From: Nitrospirales bacterium
GTDB lineage: Bacteria; Nitrospirota; Nitrospiria; Nitrospirales; UBA8639
Direction of reading: 5' to 3'
DNA: 64,000 nt
NCBI GenBank assembly: GCA_965203295.1
Contig: CBDBCZ010000017.1
Coordinates: forward strand, 2,272,001-2,336,000
In this document: piece after piece, positions 1 through 14,400 of the stretch
How the letters are laid out: each line of letters starts with the position of its first letter
How positions within the stretch are numbered: the first letter of the stretch is position 1
Made by a program: the position numbers and the translations under genes
The notes under the pieces: generated by a model
Databases searched by the model: none
What the model was told of the DNA's origin: nothing
What the model saw: only the letters and a program-made list of their open reading frames with translations

Positions 1-81
1 GCAATTTTCCTAGCAGCTGTCTACTACTGCAGCTATTTATCCCAATATTTAGTGAAGATTAATACTGCATTTCACTTCCAG

Positions 82-1909
82 GATAAGGAAGAAATGGAAT
101 TGGAATGTGAGGAGAGGAAGGCTCTTCAACTGAAGCTGGTAAGCCACATCTACCTTTGAGTATATCACTTCTGTCTCAGTACTGACTGCAATCAGCACAA
201 CTGTGCGTGTTTCTCAACTTGTAGTGTGTACCATTCTTTACTTAAAAGGCTTCTTCATTAAGACTAGGTGGTTGGAGCTAGTAACTTTGAAATAGAATTA
301 ATGCTAACTAGAAGTCTTCAAAAAGACATACCCCGCGCTGAATACTGAGACATAGGGCTAGCTGTGAATTACAGTCAATATTCCAATGGTTTTACAGTAG
401 TGTCTGCACGTAGCTACGTTATTATGCACTACTAATTCAGTGTCCAGAGTGTCTGGAACTACATGTACGTGTACTACAGCTTCTGTTATCTTGTTCACTA
501 TGTAATGTCAGTAATGACAGGACTCTTCAACGACAATGAGCATATGTACATGCCGCAAGATACAGAGTGATAGACGCAAACAGTTACGTGCTTGTAGAAG
601 CTGTAGGCATATATCTATTCTCATTGATGGGTCGACACTTAATTACGTGTATATGATAATTATAATAATAGTGCGCATGCCCTTTGACCTGTCCCTAGTG
701 GTACAGACATGCGGAAGTTGGCGAGAGTAACTGAAGTTTGAGGTTTATCACAAGCTGTATTGCTTTGGAGAGACACTCAAGATCTGGTGTATGATTTAAC
801 CTTCCGTCTCAGTCTATGAAACTGGCCTCCGATAGTCACTTGGTCTTGTCACGAGACTAGTCCTCTAAACGATTGATTTCACAATAACACAATCACATAT
901 TTGGATCTGCCCAGCAAGCTGTAGGTGTGTCCCATTGCTGTATTAGCCAACACTGATAATCAGAAAAAATAAAAGCTATAGAAAATAGAATTACTTTGTG
1001 CTTTACCAGATGTATACAAGCTAAAGTATGATGAATTTATTAAGTTAATTCATGCTTTGAAATCATATACATGTAGCCTCTAAATCGCATATCATGAAGA
1101 TATTCTAATATTTTTATGACAGACGGATGGACAAAACCAATTGCTTAACCCCCACTTGTGCATGTTTGGCGCAGGGTTTTATTATTTCCATACATGACAG
1201 GGTATATAAGCTTGCACATTATGCATCCTGGACTTACATTTATTTCAAAGCTGCATAATAGACACCCACTCTGACTAAATGTGACATAATACGTAATATA
1301 TCACCTGACAATACCATTTTTTTGTGCTACAGTGCACTTTTACGTGTACGTACTAAGGGCACTTGTTAACCAACCAAGTGTTTCCACACAGGAGAATCTG
1401 GAGGAAAGTCTGAGAGAACTTGCAGTGAGCAAATCAGAAGCTCTTGACGTTGCTGAGATGCAAAAGATTACATTAAAAGAAAAATTGCTTGCGGAAATCG
1501 CTTGCTATGAGGTAAGCAGTGTACCGGTATCATGTATGTGTACTTGTAGAGTGAATAGAAAAGGTGTGCCATGTCCAATCTAACTGCACAATTTAACAAC
1601 TGATTGGAAAACAGAGTTGTTGTTGGTGGCAGCTGTTTGTTGACACGGGTCAAAATCATGGACCGTATCTTTCCATTGGTAAAGTCATGTACATACATAC
1701 TTTTTCATATTGTGGTCTGGATGTTCTACATGTGCAGGAACAGTCTGACCAGTATGCAGTCACTATAGCTGCAATGGAAGAAAAGCTGCTGACCCTAATG
1801 AAGAAGTCCCAACTGTTAGAAAAGAAGAATGAGAGCCTGTAACAGCAAATGGCTTTGCATCAGCAATAGGCCAGTTATTCAGAAAAGAGAGGCACTGCTA
1901 CATGTACAG
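82..1909 (+). pseudogene. Exons of a coiled-coil host gene (82-138, 1392-1511, 1738-~1909), pseudogenised copy
   Basis: AG/GT-bounded phase-0 exons read DKEEMELECEERKALQLKL / ENLEESLRELAV...EIACYE / EQSDQYAVTIAAMEEKLL. In-frame stops are TAA 1840 and TAG 1867. There is a weak remembered resemblance to FHAD1 coiled-coil segments, unverified. Confidence 0.7.
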
Positions 1910-2356
1910 GTAATAATGAATGTGTACACATCTATGGGTACCAATACAGACATTCATTGCAGTATGGATACTTGAATCTAACGCTCCATTTTGCGTTCAT
2001 GATCATGGACCATTGATCCTTGCACACGTGTAGGTATGTTCATACAGCGCACTGCCCAGAGTTGTAACCATAGACAAACATTCTGTTTTCAACTTGGGTC
2101 ATTTGTGGTGCACGTACGCGTAGCTTGCTATGCATGTTTTAATTGAATGCGTGAAAAATCTCCCAGATACAACAATACATGTACATGTAATAAAGGCCTA
2201 ACTAGTTCCACTACTTTAGCTAGGTAGCTCAGAGTGGGTTATGAGGTGACCATGGATCTGAGTCCAGATAACATGTACATGTACAGAGGGGAGTGGGGGT
2301 TTACAAGAAATTATTTCGAAATTCTCTTGGGGGCATACTCGCCCGTATGAAAGCCT

Positions 2357-2433
<77 letters not shown>

Positions 2434-4600
2434 GAAAAATCACAATTTTCGTTAAATAGAAGAAAATATAAGTTAAATATCACGGTTACACTTAAATACT
2501 TAGTCTAATATCACATTTTGCTATTCATACTTCATCAGTAGCAAACTCATCTACTCACGATCAACTTGCAGCAGTGCATGCTATTATGTAGATGTGTGGT
2601 ATATTGTCAAATCAGTGTGACCATAGATAGTGACGCCTTCAACTGACGTGATCTTCATTAGCTCCCAGCATTAAAAAGCCAAACTTGTCAACATGAAATA
2701 CAATTTTATCTACACATCATCAGCTTAATCGCAACAGTTTATTTTGCTTGTAAAACTGTGTTTGAAGTGTTCCTGTGAAAAAGCATCCCTGTTTTTAGTG
2801 TATCCTGGATGGGTATCAGTGATGGGGCCAGAGTGTGGGTGGGGCTTTAACAGATGAAGATATTTTGCATTCTAGCTACAAATGTTAAATTTATGCATTA
2901 TTAAGCAGAGGGCATGGTGTATATTTGTTCCGCGCAATCTAGGAATTTGCGTAATCTCGAGATTGTGTTGCGCACTCTCAGAATCCTGAAATTGCGTTCC
3001 AAGCTACTCAAGATTTAGAATGGACACATATATGCTCCTAGTGCATGCTTGTGCAGTTCATGCAATTTCCAGTTGGGTTAGACTACTGTGGTTCTCTTTA
3101 ATTGATGATGTGGGGATATCAACTTTGGCTACCATATTTGGGTTTTGATGGCTCCAGATTGCATGCAAATTAACATTTCTGGGGGAGTATACGTATGGCT
3201 GAGACTGCCAATGCATGCATGCATCGATCGTTGCCCCGACCCCACAACAGCACAGCCACCCCCTACAAAGAACACGTAATCCTGGGGTGTAGTACTGACC
3301 TTCATCTGTGAGCACTGTACATATACATGCACCTAGAGGAGCCCATGCTTATGAACAGCTCTGGTATGTGTACCTGAGAAAGTATAGCGGCCTGACAAAA
3401 CTATTGGTGTGGCGTATGTGTATGAATGACTCTATATAAGTCGAAGAGACAAACAATTTGGAACAGGTTCTCACATTATCACACTAACTAAATCCCTACT
3501 GTTGGGTTTAGCAATCACTTCTTCTTGTAAATGGGACTGCTGGACAGACAGACAGACGCAGACAGACAGATAGACGGACAGACCCAATTGCTTAACCCTG
3601 CCACACGCATGTGGGGTAATGACCCTTCTCCACCCAGTTAAGCTGTATTGATCACAAAACGCTGCATCACTTGAGGTTATTGCACTGCTTTCGATTGAGT
3701 ATAAAGCAGCTACATGTAGTTGAACATCTTCTAAAAACACCAACTACATGTACATTGAATATGCCTGTATGTCTTTGATGAGTATTTCCTTCACTAAGTA
3801 CTCAGGTAAGTACTGAGTGACTGATTTTTCTTTCCAAACAGAATGTCCATTACAGGGTTCATTGCATCCTGTCACCATAACCCAGCGTCTCAATGACCAA
3901 ATTACAGAGTCGTCACTGATAGATTAGGCAAACAGTCCAGTATTCAGTGAGCCTGATTCCTCCTCAAGATTGTATTAGCTTCTTGGTGCATGCTTGACAA
4001 TGTACGTATTATACTTGAGTGAGCACACTGGCAAGGTTCCCTTTCAGCTGAGTGGGTGGGTTACAATTACAAACTGTGTGGGATCCTATGCTCAAGCGCT
4101 TACACCCTTTGTATGGTATGTTATACTTTTCATGTGGGTATCCAACTGAATGAAAGCCACTGAAATGTCACTGCAAATATGAATTTGTCTAGTGGTTCAT
4201 GCGCTTCGAACTTTGTACGAACGAATTTAGTCTACGCAATGCAGGGTTTGCGCAACGTATTCCAACTTTGCGCGAAAAACTGGGCAATGCTGGGATTGCG
4301 TGCCAAAGTACGGATTCCTACTTTGCGCAGCGCAATCCTAAGTTTGCGCAACTTCCTGGTTTGCACGGAACATATATATTATACAAACGCTTGCTGAGAT
4401 GCGTTACAGGATTAGTTTCCTCGCGCTAAGGCGCTCGGCAATAATAACTATGCCATACTACATCCAAAGGGACCAAAATTGGGCCAATTCTGCTGGAAGA
4501 TGTAGCTGGGGGGGTGGGTCAATTTTCCAATGGTCCTGGGACCATTTCTTCCAGGACCAAGATGCCAGACACATCTGGATTTTGTTGGAACTATATTATA

Positions 4601-5671
4601 AAGTTTTAAAATAACTTTAAAAAAGTAAAAAGCATGTAGGGATGGCACTGTACAGAAATAACAAAAGCAAAAAACTTTACAGAAAAATCATTAAAGAACA
4701 TGTATCACATGGATAGAATCCCCAAAAAGTAATCAAACAAGGTAGGAATGTCACCACAGAACTTTCATGGATTACTGGATTGCCATCCCTACATCTTGCC
4801 AACCACACACACACCACAATCCCCTCCATGCAGCTTCTAGTGCAGGTCTTTGCAATGTATTTTTATACTAGCCTCGTTCCCAGGCCTCTACATTGAATTT
4901 AATAATTTGGGGGTACATTTAAATGTGTAAAATAATAACTGTCCAGTTATACATAGAGAGTCATGATGAACAATAGTGTCAATTGCTGACCAGTTGTCTG
5001 AGCTGCGTTATTTGTAAGGTGGAGAGTGCTGAGTCTAGTGCATATACCAGTGTATAGGCTTTATATACATAAATTTTGGGGCCTGTACATGTGAATATGG
5101 CTGTTGTGATTGTAGGGGTATATGTAGTTTGCTGCAATTATTCATGCTGATGAACATGGCAATTGAAGGGCTGAGAACCAGTCTGAGAGTAGTCTAATTA
5201 TATACATCCATGCTTGTGATACTTGCAATTTCCTGCACTTAGTTGGTGCACTCTGGTTCTTGGCCCTTCCATTACTGTGGACAGGAGTATTAAGTCAACA
5301 GTGCTAATTGCTGCTAAGGAATATTATATACAACTATATTATATAGCTATTATAGCTATTAGGTTTCAGTGTGGGATCAGATACCTTGTATGTCTATATA
5401 GTACACGTATATGTAACTTGGGCGTGGATACCTTGGTGTGGAATGGAGGGGATTGTGGTGTGTGTGTGGTTGGCAAGATGTAGGGATGGCAATCCAGTAA
5501 TCCATGAAAGTTCTGTGGTGACATTCCTACCTTGTTTGATTACTTTTTGGGGATTCTATCCATGTGATACATGTTCTTTAATGATTTTTCTGTAAAGTTT
5601 TTTGCTTTTGTTATTTCTGTACAGTGCCATCCCTACATGCTTTTTACTTTTTTAAAGTTATTTTAAAACTT
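4601..5671. repeat. 229-bp inverted repeat (4601-4829 vs 5443-5671)
   Basis: aagttttaaaataac...cccctccat is the reverse complement of atggagggg...gttattttaaaactt. The spacer is about 610 bp. Confidence 0.95.
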
Positions 5672-5699
5672 GTTTCTACTCTTTTTTTGGGAGAAAGGA

Positions 5700-7270
5700 A
5701 GGGTGGTTCTGAATGTTTGGTATTAGCATTAGATGGTAGGAGTTGACTCAGTGTGGTTCTGTACATGTAGGGTTGAAGTTCAGCATTGTATTGATATGAG
5801 AATACTGAAGACATTCAATGCACTGGGCTCTGCATAGGAGGTGGGGATGTTGAATTTGATGGTGGTGTTATTTATATAAAATGGGGAAGATGCCATTATA
5901 GAATGAACAAATTGTATAATGGATGTTACAGTTATAACAAAGTTACCATTGATGCAGATATATGAGGAGGTGAGAGAGTAAACAATTGGGAGGAAAGAAG
6001 ATGTAGCCATTTAGAATTGAATAGAGTAGGACAAGATTGCAATTTTACAATGGGTGAAAAGAGTGGAAAAGTTGAATTTATGAAGTGATTTATAAATAGA
6101 GAGAACCAAGAATAGAGGCCCGAGGAGCATGTGAAGGAAGTACTAAGATGTACATGATGAATAGATGTTGATTACGACTTGTTATAGTTCATTGGTGAGA
6201 TAAGTATGCTCTCAACAGAGGAGGAAGACCAGTACACGAGAGAGTGCTCCCAACAGAGGAGGAAGACCAGTACACGAGAGAGTGCTCCCAACAGAGGAGG
6301 AAGACCAGTACACGAGAGAGTGCTCCCAACAGAGGAGGAAGACCAGTACACGAGAGAGTGCTCCCAACAGAGGAGGAAGACCAGTACACGAGAGAGTGCG
6401 CCCAACAGAGGAGGAAGACCAGTACACGAGAGAGTGCTCCCAACAGAGGAGGAAGACCAGTACACGAGAGAGTGCTCCCAACAGAGGAGGAAGACCAGTA
6501 CACGAGAGAGTGCTCCCAACAGAGGAGGAAGACCAGTACATGAGAGAGTACGAAGAAGACTTTGGTGGTGACAAGTTAAACACCTTGCGTAAATCAGAAA
6601 ATAACAGCCAGAATAGCATGAATTTGGCAGAGAGAACAATGATGAGCAAAAGAGGGAAGAGTGGAGACTCCAGAATGAAAAGCAAACGGTATCAGATATT
6701 GATGAGGATAGGTAATAAAGGAGGGCGTAGATTAAGCATGTGGGAGGAAATTGCATTAGAACCACAGGAAGAAACAAAAGAGGAAATAATTGGGCAAGCT
6801 GAATTACAAGAGCTGCAAAAGGAGTCATTAAGAAGGATAGCTTTGGAAGAAGAATTTGGCTAATCTCAATTTGTTTTTTTTTGAAAGAATTGGAGTAGAC
6901 AACCCCAGTCGGAAAGAGGAAGATAGAAGTTGTCTTAACAAGCGACCAGAAGTGACGAGAAGTCGGAGAGGAAGAGAGATGAGCAAATAACTTAGACCAA
7001 TGATAAGAGAGAGTATTGCGAAAACAAAACCAAGTGAGAGGAGTTTCAAAGTTTGACATACTGGAACAAAGCATTTATTGAAAGAAAGGAACGAGTGAGT
7101 ATTCCAAGGTGGGTGGGGAAGAGAGGATATCAGTTTGGTATGGGGACTGGAAAGTGAATAATTTGCAGGAAAGTGAACTCGAAAGTTAGCCAGGCAGAGG
7201 TAACAATCACAGGAAGAAAGAATAGAAGACACGAAAGATTGTAAAAGTCATGTGTTTGGTATTGGATGGA
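5700..7270 (-). pseudogene. Highly decayed non-LTR (CR1/L2-like) reverse transcriptase relic
   Basis: Minus-strand fragments lie in RT order: LSSSPTSRHFWSLVK, FSDLRKVFNLSP (cf. FFDLRKAFDSVPH) and APRASILGSL (cf. VPQGSILGPLLF). There are many stops and frameshifts. Confidence 0.6.
6206..6550. repeat. 38-bp minisatellite, ~9 copies
   Basis: Unit gtgctcccaacagaggaggaagaccagtacacgagaga repeated head-to-tail, almost identically. Confidence 0.97.
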
Positions 7271-7271
7271 A

Positions 7272-7795
7272 ACTTCTCGCCTGGACGTTGTAGTATATGG
7301 TGGAGCCTTCTCGCCTGGATGTTATAGTATTGGGTGGAGCCTTCTCTCCTGGATGTTATAGTATTGGGTGGAGCCTTCTCGCCTGGATGTTATAGTATTG
7401 GGTGGAGCCTTCTCTCCTGGATGTTATAGTATTGGGTGGAGCCTTCTCTCCTGGACGTTATAGTATTGGGTGGAGCCTTCTCGCCTGGATTTTATAGTAT
7501 TGAGCGGGGCCTTCTCGCCTAGACGTTGTAGTATATGGTGGATCCTTCTCTCCTGGATGTTATAGTATTGGGTGGAGCCTTCTCGCCTGGATTTTATAGT
7601 ATTGAGTGGGGCCTTCTCGCCTAGACGTTGTAGTATATGGTGGATCCTTCTCTCCTGGATGTATAATATTGGGTGGAGCCTTCTCTCCTGGATGTTATAG
7701 TATTGGGTAGAGCCTTCTCTCCTGGATGTTATAGTATTGAGCGGGGCCTTCTCTCTTGGATGTTATAGTATTGGGTGGAGCCTTCTCGCCTGGAT
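7272..7795. repeat. 34-bp minisatellite, ~15 copies
   Basis: Unit gccttctc(t/g)cctggatgttatagtattgggtgga with recurring variants and no unique spacers. Confidence 0.96.
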
Positions 7796-8462
7796 AATGG
7801 TATATAGCAGCGGTTTTGAACATAACAAACCTACTTAATTACTACATGAATTATGCAGCCTTGTGCATGCAGTAAATGTGAGCAACAAGAGCACACTTAA
7901 ATACATATTCTTGTAGCTATCCTAAGTCTTTAGCTACGCTCACACTGGAAGCATGCATCACACATATTAGAGCGAGAGTAATATTTAGAACACATACTTC
8001 ACTCTTCCATCTGACATCGTCTTCAATGGGCCACATCTTCTACAAATGATTGAATATAGGAGGCTTTTATTAACCACACACATGATTAATGAAACACGGG
8101 AGTTGCCTTGGCAGTAGGAGTGAGTGGGTTACAGAAAGCAGAGGTGTCTGGGAGCACAACTCAAGGCAAAGCTGCTTTGAGGTGCATCACAAGCTCAATG
8201 CAAACATTAAACAGTTGCAGAGCACTCAGAATCTCAACTCTGTTGGAATGGAGTGCAATTGGAACATGTCCCTTTCTTTGGAAAGAATATCAATTGCATC
8301 ATCACACTCTTCTTTGCAAGAGGAGATCTCTCTGTTGTACCCACTCACATCAGCTACAACTCCCGGCATGCTTGCACAGAGCAAGACTTTGGTAATGACA
8401 GGACACAATTGGTTGCCTGTACATACTCAGCTTGTATACATTACAGAGACAAGCTACATAAC

Positions 8463-11400
8463 TCAATCGAGAACTGGAATTACACAGTCATAATGGTCCA
8501 GTGCTCTTGTATTGTATAAATACAGTGCATAGTTGTGTACAATGTTTAAGCCGTGTACACTAGGTCCTATGCACTGCCATGCTCGACCCGGTCCAAAGTT
8601 TTGACGTACAACTATGTTTACATCGAGCATGCAGGAAAGCAGGAACACCTCAAGATCAGTGCCCCATTCACCAAACTCTGCCATGTGTGAGTTTTCCAGG
8701 TACTCATGCACCTTGGTGTTAAAGAAAACTCTACGTTCGTTTGGCTCAACTGGAGCATCCACCCCAATTAAGATGTATTCTATTAAGGATGAATTTTGGT
8801 GTAGATAGTTTACAGCTGCTTTCCGAACAGCATAGTGGTTAGATTCCGTTCCTGTTACGTGCCTTGAAATAGCACGAAACAAACAATTGCCATCTCCTTG
8901 CACTCTCACACGTATGTGTGGAGATATTTCATTGCACTGCAATGAACGCACACGGTCTGGAGATGAAACTTTGTCGACCACAGACATTTCACTATACTGT
9001 GACAGAACACAAATCTTTTGTCTCTGCCAGAGATCATCTGGAAGTGGTCGATTAATGGCATTAGGGGGTGTACAGTGCTCACTACCACAATAGATGACAG
9101 TGCCATCACTGACATCCAGAGAGCTCTTGCTGGTAGGAGGACTATGTTTGGGCTTTTTGGCCTCCAGCTTTGAACTGCATGGGAGTTCTCCCAAATGCTT
9201 TCTTTTCCTAGAAAGGCGTGTTTTTTTGGATTCAGGCTCTATGCATGGAGTATTTCCAGTGAGCTTACGTTTAGTACCTGTTGTAGGTTTAACCAGCAGT
9301 GGATATGGTTTAAGGTCTGGTCTATACACTTGTCTCAAGCGATTCACTTCTTTGAGACAGCTAGTGCTAACCATGATGGAGCTCGGGTCGAATGCAACCA
9401 GGTGTACCCCAGCTAGCGTTCGAACTCTCGATATTGCTACATAGGCCATTCCAGCACTAAACACTTTATCAGAGAGGTCTACTATGGCACAGTCCAATGA
9501 CAGGCCTTGGCATTTGTGAATGGTCACAGCATAGGCCAAAATCAAGGGAAACTGTTTCCTGTACACATAGAAATTTTTCATGACCATGAATCTGCTCTTC
9601 ACTTTTTCCACATCATAAGGCTCACTTATGTGGTCAAACTGAACAGAGACGTGATCACTTCGAATGGTCAGGACGGTACCGATGGCACCGTTTACTAAAC
9701 CAGCATTTGTGTCAATATTGCGGCGCAACATGACTCGTGCTCCGACAGCTAGCAACAGCTGGGCTTCTAATCCTGCTGTCAAGTTGCAGTCCTTGTTAAG
9801 CTTGTCAAGCTGTTCTGCTGCTTTTTTGCTCCACTTACGCGTACTGTAAGTTTCGTCAACTTCATCAGTACACAACAATTTATGTACTTGTGAACTGAGA
9901 CGACTGAGCATTTCATTGTTAAAATGATCGCATTCTTTTCTTCGTGGGAAAAGACAAACAGGGGATTGTTGAGATTGCTGAAGCTCAACGAACTTGTCCG
10001 CTACGGATCCCTGAATGACTCGTTTTTGGAGAATGCTAAGTGTTTCATCAGTTGGATGGCCACACCTGACACAATCCAACATCGATGAAAATTCACCGTC
10101 TTGTTTCTGACGCTCATTGATAGTCAGTTCGTCATAAGCGATAGCATCTTTCCAGATGTTGACAGATGTTGCGCATCCAAGTCTGTATTGGAGCGACTTC
10201 TGAGTGATCTTTTCAAATACAGGAAGTCCATTGACAGGCTGTAGTTGAAGTAGATCACCAACAAAGAGCACATTTTTAGAGCCAAACCAGTCTTGGCTAC
10301 CAAATAGCTCTTCTAGTCTCAAGTGCATATATGCAAAGTTGAGGCTAGAAACCATGGAAACTTCATCTACAATGATGATTTTCACACTCCGAAGTGTGGT
10401 TTTCATCACTTTTCGTGAAGATTTGGGGAGTGCCCAATATTGAGCTGTCTTCCCCTCATGTTCAATGGGCAACTGAAAGAGCCTGTGAATGGTTATACCA
10501 CCAACATTGAAAGCTGCTAAACCAGTCGGTGCTGCAATGGCACACGTTAAATCGTCAGAGGGCCAGAGGTCATGAACTAATGCCTTGACGGTTTCGATGA
10601 GGAACGACTTACCCGTTCCACCGACACCGCTGACAAACATGCGAAGCGGACTCAAGTCACAGCTACATTCATCAGCCTCATGCTGTTGTTGGTGGAGAAG
10701 GTGATCCTTAACTTTGTCAAAGATGCGCCTCTGGTCGGCATTGAGCATTGCTACTCTCTGTTTTAGGGACAGAGTGTCGGCAGGATGGGCGTTCATGTCA
10801 AACAGCTCCTTCATTGCCGTTTTTGCTTCGCCCAACAGCTGCGGATCATCATCTTGTTTGCTGATCTTGTGTTCTTCACCATCAGCCTGCCGGGCGTCAT
10901 TGATTTGCTTGATGTTAGCCCGGGCCTGCAACATCTTCTGCAGTCTGCTGTGATAGGCAGAGCAGGTGCTGTCTTCAGGCAACAAGCGCCGGAATGCTTC
11001 TTCGGCGGTTTCATTCTCAAGAAGCAAACTACTCTCATCTCTGAAGGGAACAAAGAGGAGTATCAGAGAATAGTAGTAGGCTTCTGTCTGGTCTTCTCTT
11101 TCTGGATCAAAGAGTTTGTGGTTAGGAAGTCGAGGCTTTGTAAGCTTTCTGTACTTCCTGTCTCCATTGCTATCTGTACCGCAGTAATCATAGTTGGCTA
11201 CAAAGTCATAGAGACAAAGGCCTTCTAGATCACTCGGTCTCCGGGGATAGTGAGTGTCTAAGAGGTTGTCCTGGAAGATGTCTTCACTGTCGGGGTCGCG
11301 CTTTGCGACATCTTCCAAGACCTTGTGGTCCTTCAACCTGCGACTCCTTTTGTGAGGCAGGGAGACATCTACCCACTTGACAGCGTCAGACTTCTCGGTG

Positions 11401-14400
11401 AGGTGGTCACCGAGCAGTAGATCGCTGGCCTCGTACAGCCCGCACTCTCGAGAGCGTAAGCTGCGCACGCCAAAGCTCCAGAGCTGACTGTAAACGCTCT
11501 TATTTTCGCTGACTTCATGCCAGATGTCCTGCAAGTTACTCTTTTCAGCTTTAGTAACATAGCCACTTACGTAGTGGGCAAGAGCCAGCGACGACTCGGC
11601 CACGTACTGCACGTCAACGTTGGCCTTCCACAGCATTAGGAGGAGAGGGTTGTAGTCATTGACCCTCACCTCCAACTCTGTTCGAGGCAACTGGTATATT
11701 TTCCTGCGCGATTTCAGAGCATCATCCACGCAGTTCAGTGTAGCAGTTTTACAGGCTTGGCGGGGAAAGCCAAACCTGCATCGGGTAATGAATGTTCTAC
11801 CGCACTTGCGTCTTCGTTTGCAGTACGCACTGCATTTGTGCATCTGGTATCTAGTGACCAGTCTGTGCAAGTCGGGATCAGTTTCCTTGTCAGGTATGTG
11901 ACAAGTGATCCTCTCCTGCAGCCAAGCTAGTACCCGTTCGGGATCATCGTGACCGATGACTGGAGCATCTCGTATCCACAAGAGCACGTGGTAATGAGGC
12001 GCACCGCGAGCCTGGTACTCCTTTTTCCAGTAATAGTGCTCGATCTCGCCGAGCACTGCACCTTTCAGTAGGACTGTGCGAAAGAATGCATGGAATTTCA
12101 GCGAAAATTTCCTGGACACCGATACCGGGTCGTCAGTGCAAAGCTTTCCTATGCTGTAGGACGGAGAAACATCGTTGACTTTTCTGAGATACCTGTCGAT
12201 ATCTGCAGACTCGTATTCAGCACAGCTGAACGTGAGAAACAGAGTGGGCGGCCCCGATGCACGAATCATGCACCGCAGCTCGCTCTGTTTCGCAAACCAG
12301 TACTGCTTCGTACCGCGCACAGACTGAAGCATCGTGCACAAATTGGCCTCGAGGTGTTCGTTGCGAGTCGCCACCCCATGCAACAGGGCACTGACAGACA
12401 TGGGCTGTCTTCTGGTAGATTTCAGCAGGTTGTACACACCTGCAGAGATCTCACGCATTTCCTTTTGCCACAGAAGGAAAAAGACATACTGGGGGTCTTT
12501 TCTGTAGCGCGAGTCTTTGTTGAGTAGCCGTGACTTGACATACTCACTGTGAGAAAGCTTCACCTGACGGGGGTGATGCTCACCAAACTGTCCAGTGGGA
12601 AAGAGCACCGGAAAGCACATAACATCAAGGAAGTTCTCACGATTGTCCAAGGGATCTTCCTTGATGTTTAGAACTTTGTACTGGTCTATGTCAGACTCAC
12701 TGGAGAGCTTATTGTCTAAGCTTCTGATCGTGTAGGCTTGAAAGCCGGCAATGTCATCTGTACTAGCTTTCTGTAGCATCGTACTGCTAGCACTATTGGT
12801 AACTTCCACTACCCGTTTGACTGCCTCATCAACAGACTCGACATCCACATCCTTGTAGAGCCAGTTGATTCCTTTTAGTGTTTTTGTGGCAGTCTTGACG
12901 AGGTCAACGTTGACTAGGCTACGCCACACAACTTCCCCCTTTGTTGGCCTACCATTCACTATTATGTACAGCTCAGGCTCTGGCAAGGCAGTGCTGGGAT
13001 GCTCTACCTCCTCCAGAGTCTTGAGAGTCTTACTGAATGGCAGGGGGAGAAAGAACATGGTACCTTTACACGCTTTCAGCGAATTGTACACAGGTACTTT
13101 GGCAGTGTACGTACCGAGCCTGACTACCGTTTGGTAGCACTTGGCACGTTGTATCAGCTGCCTACTCAAACAGTCCAATTTCGCCAATTCAGGCGGCATT
13201 GAAATTGTTTGCAATCCATTTAGGACACAACGCGGTGGCATTTCGTTTTTCTTGACAAGTGCTTTACAGTAATTACACATGTAAAGCACTTGCTCATTGG
13301 CATCCGGGTTTTGCTCTGCTATGAAGGCTTTCAGAGCAGGCCAAACCTTGAAACCAAGGCTATCAGAGAGTTTCACTTTCGTTACAGACTTTCTCTGATG
13401 CAGGCGTTCACAGCTACAGCATGCATGCTCTGGATCATCATCTATTTCTTTCTCTAGGTCACTTATTACCTGTGCATGTGCAATCAGCAACCGAGATTCT
13501 ACACTCTTGAGAACTGGGCTAGCAACAGCAGCATCAATGTGCTGCTCATAGCTACAGTCGAGTTCATTTGTGAACAACACTGCGAAATCAGGCACCTTGG
13601 TGATCTCCTTTAGGAAGTGCAAGTCACCAGTGCTGAGAGCCTTGTCTATGTTAAGAACACCCAAGTGGCTCGTAATTGCACTGTATACGTGATTCAAGAG
13701 CATTCTCAACACATTGTAATGGGTGGATGCTGCTCTGAGTATGCGAAGCTGACTACAGCATCCCCCACCATTGAAACAAGGCAAAGTGTGACCTTGCAAG
13801 TCAACAACGATACTGGCAGCATCTTCCCTAACAACAGCTTTAGTGTAGTGTCCATTAGGACACCCACTATCGCATGCATACAAGGCAGCTCTCAATTCTT
13901 CCATGGGTTTCTCAAATGCCTGTTTGAGACTAACCACGGCAGCTACTTCTGCTTCAGTGAGTGTTTTACACTCACTACTACAGCACCATTTCAGAGGCTG
14001 CTTCCCCTTTGTCTTGCTAGTTTCATTTCCTGAGCTGCTAATTTCATTAGCAACCACACATCTGCCATTCTCATCAATGGGAATGACACAGGCTCTCTGC
14101 ACAGGCTGATAGGCTGCATCATAGTAGAATGGTTCCGAGGAAGCAGTATGACACCCTTCCCCGAAATCATCTCGGCCTTTGATGTCGAGGCTACTGACTA
14201 CTCTTGCAGTCTTGAGCAAAGCACCAGCGTGCTCCTTGCGTACCTGCAAGACTTTGTTTAGCAGTCTTTTAGCTGCTATTCTACAGACAGCTTTGATCAT
14301 CACAGGAGGCAGTCGCTTTGCTGCACTCTTGTACTGCCTCTTATAGGCTTTCACAAGCTGGACCCTAGCTTCATCATCTTTCAACAAAAGCTGCTGAAGC

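Noticed and set aside
6172..7074. Multiple overlapping ORFs on both strands
   Set aside because: They are produced by the 38-bp minisatellite cycling through frames over a decayed LINE.
7272..7795. CRISPR-like array (34-bp period; likewise the 38-bp and 60-bp arrays)
   Set aside because: Units are head-to-tail with no unique spacers, there are no cas genes, and the context is eukaryotic.
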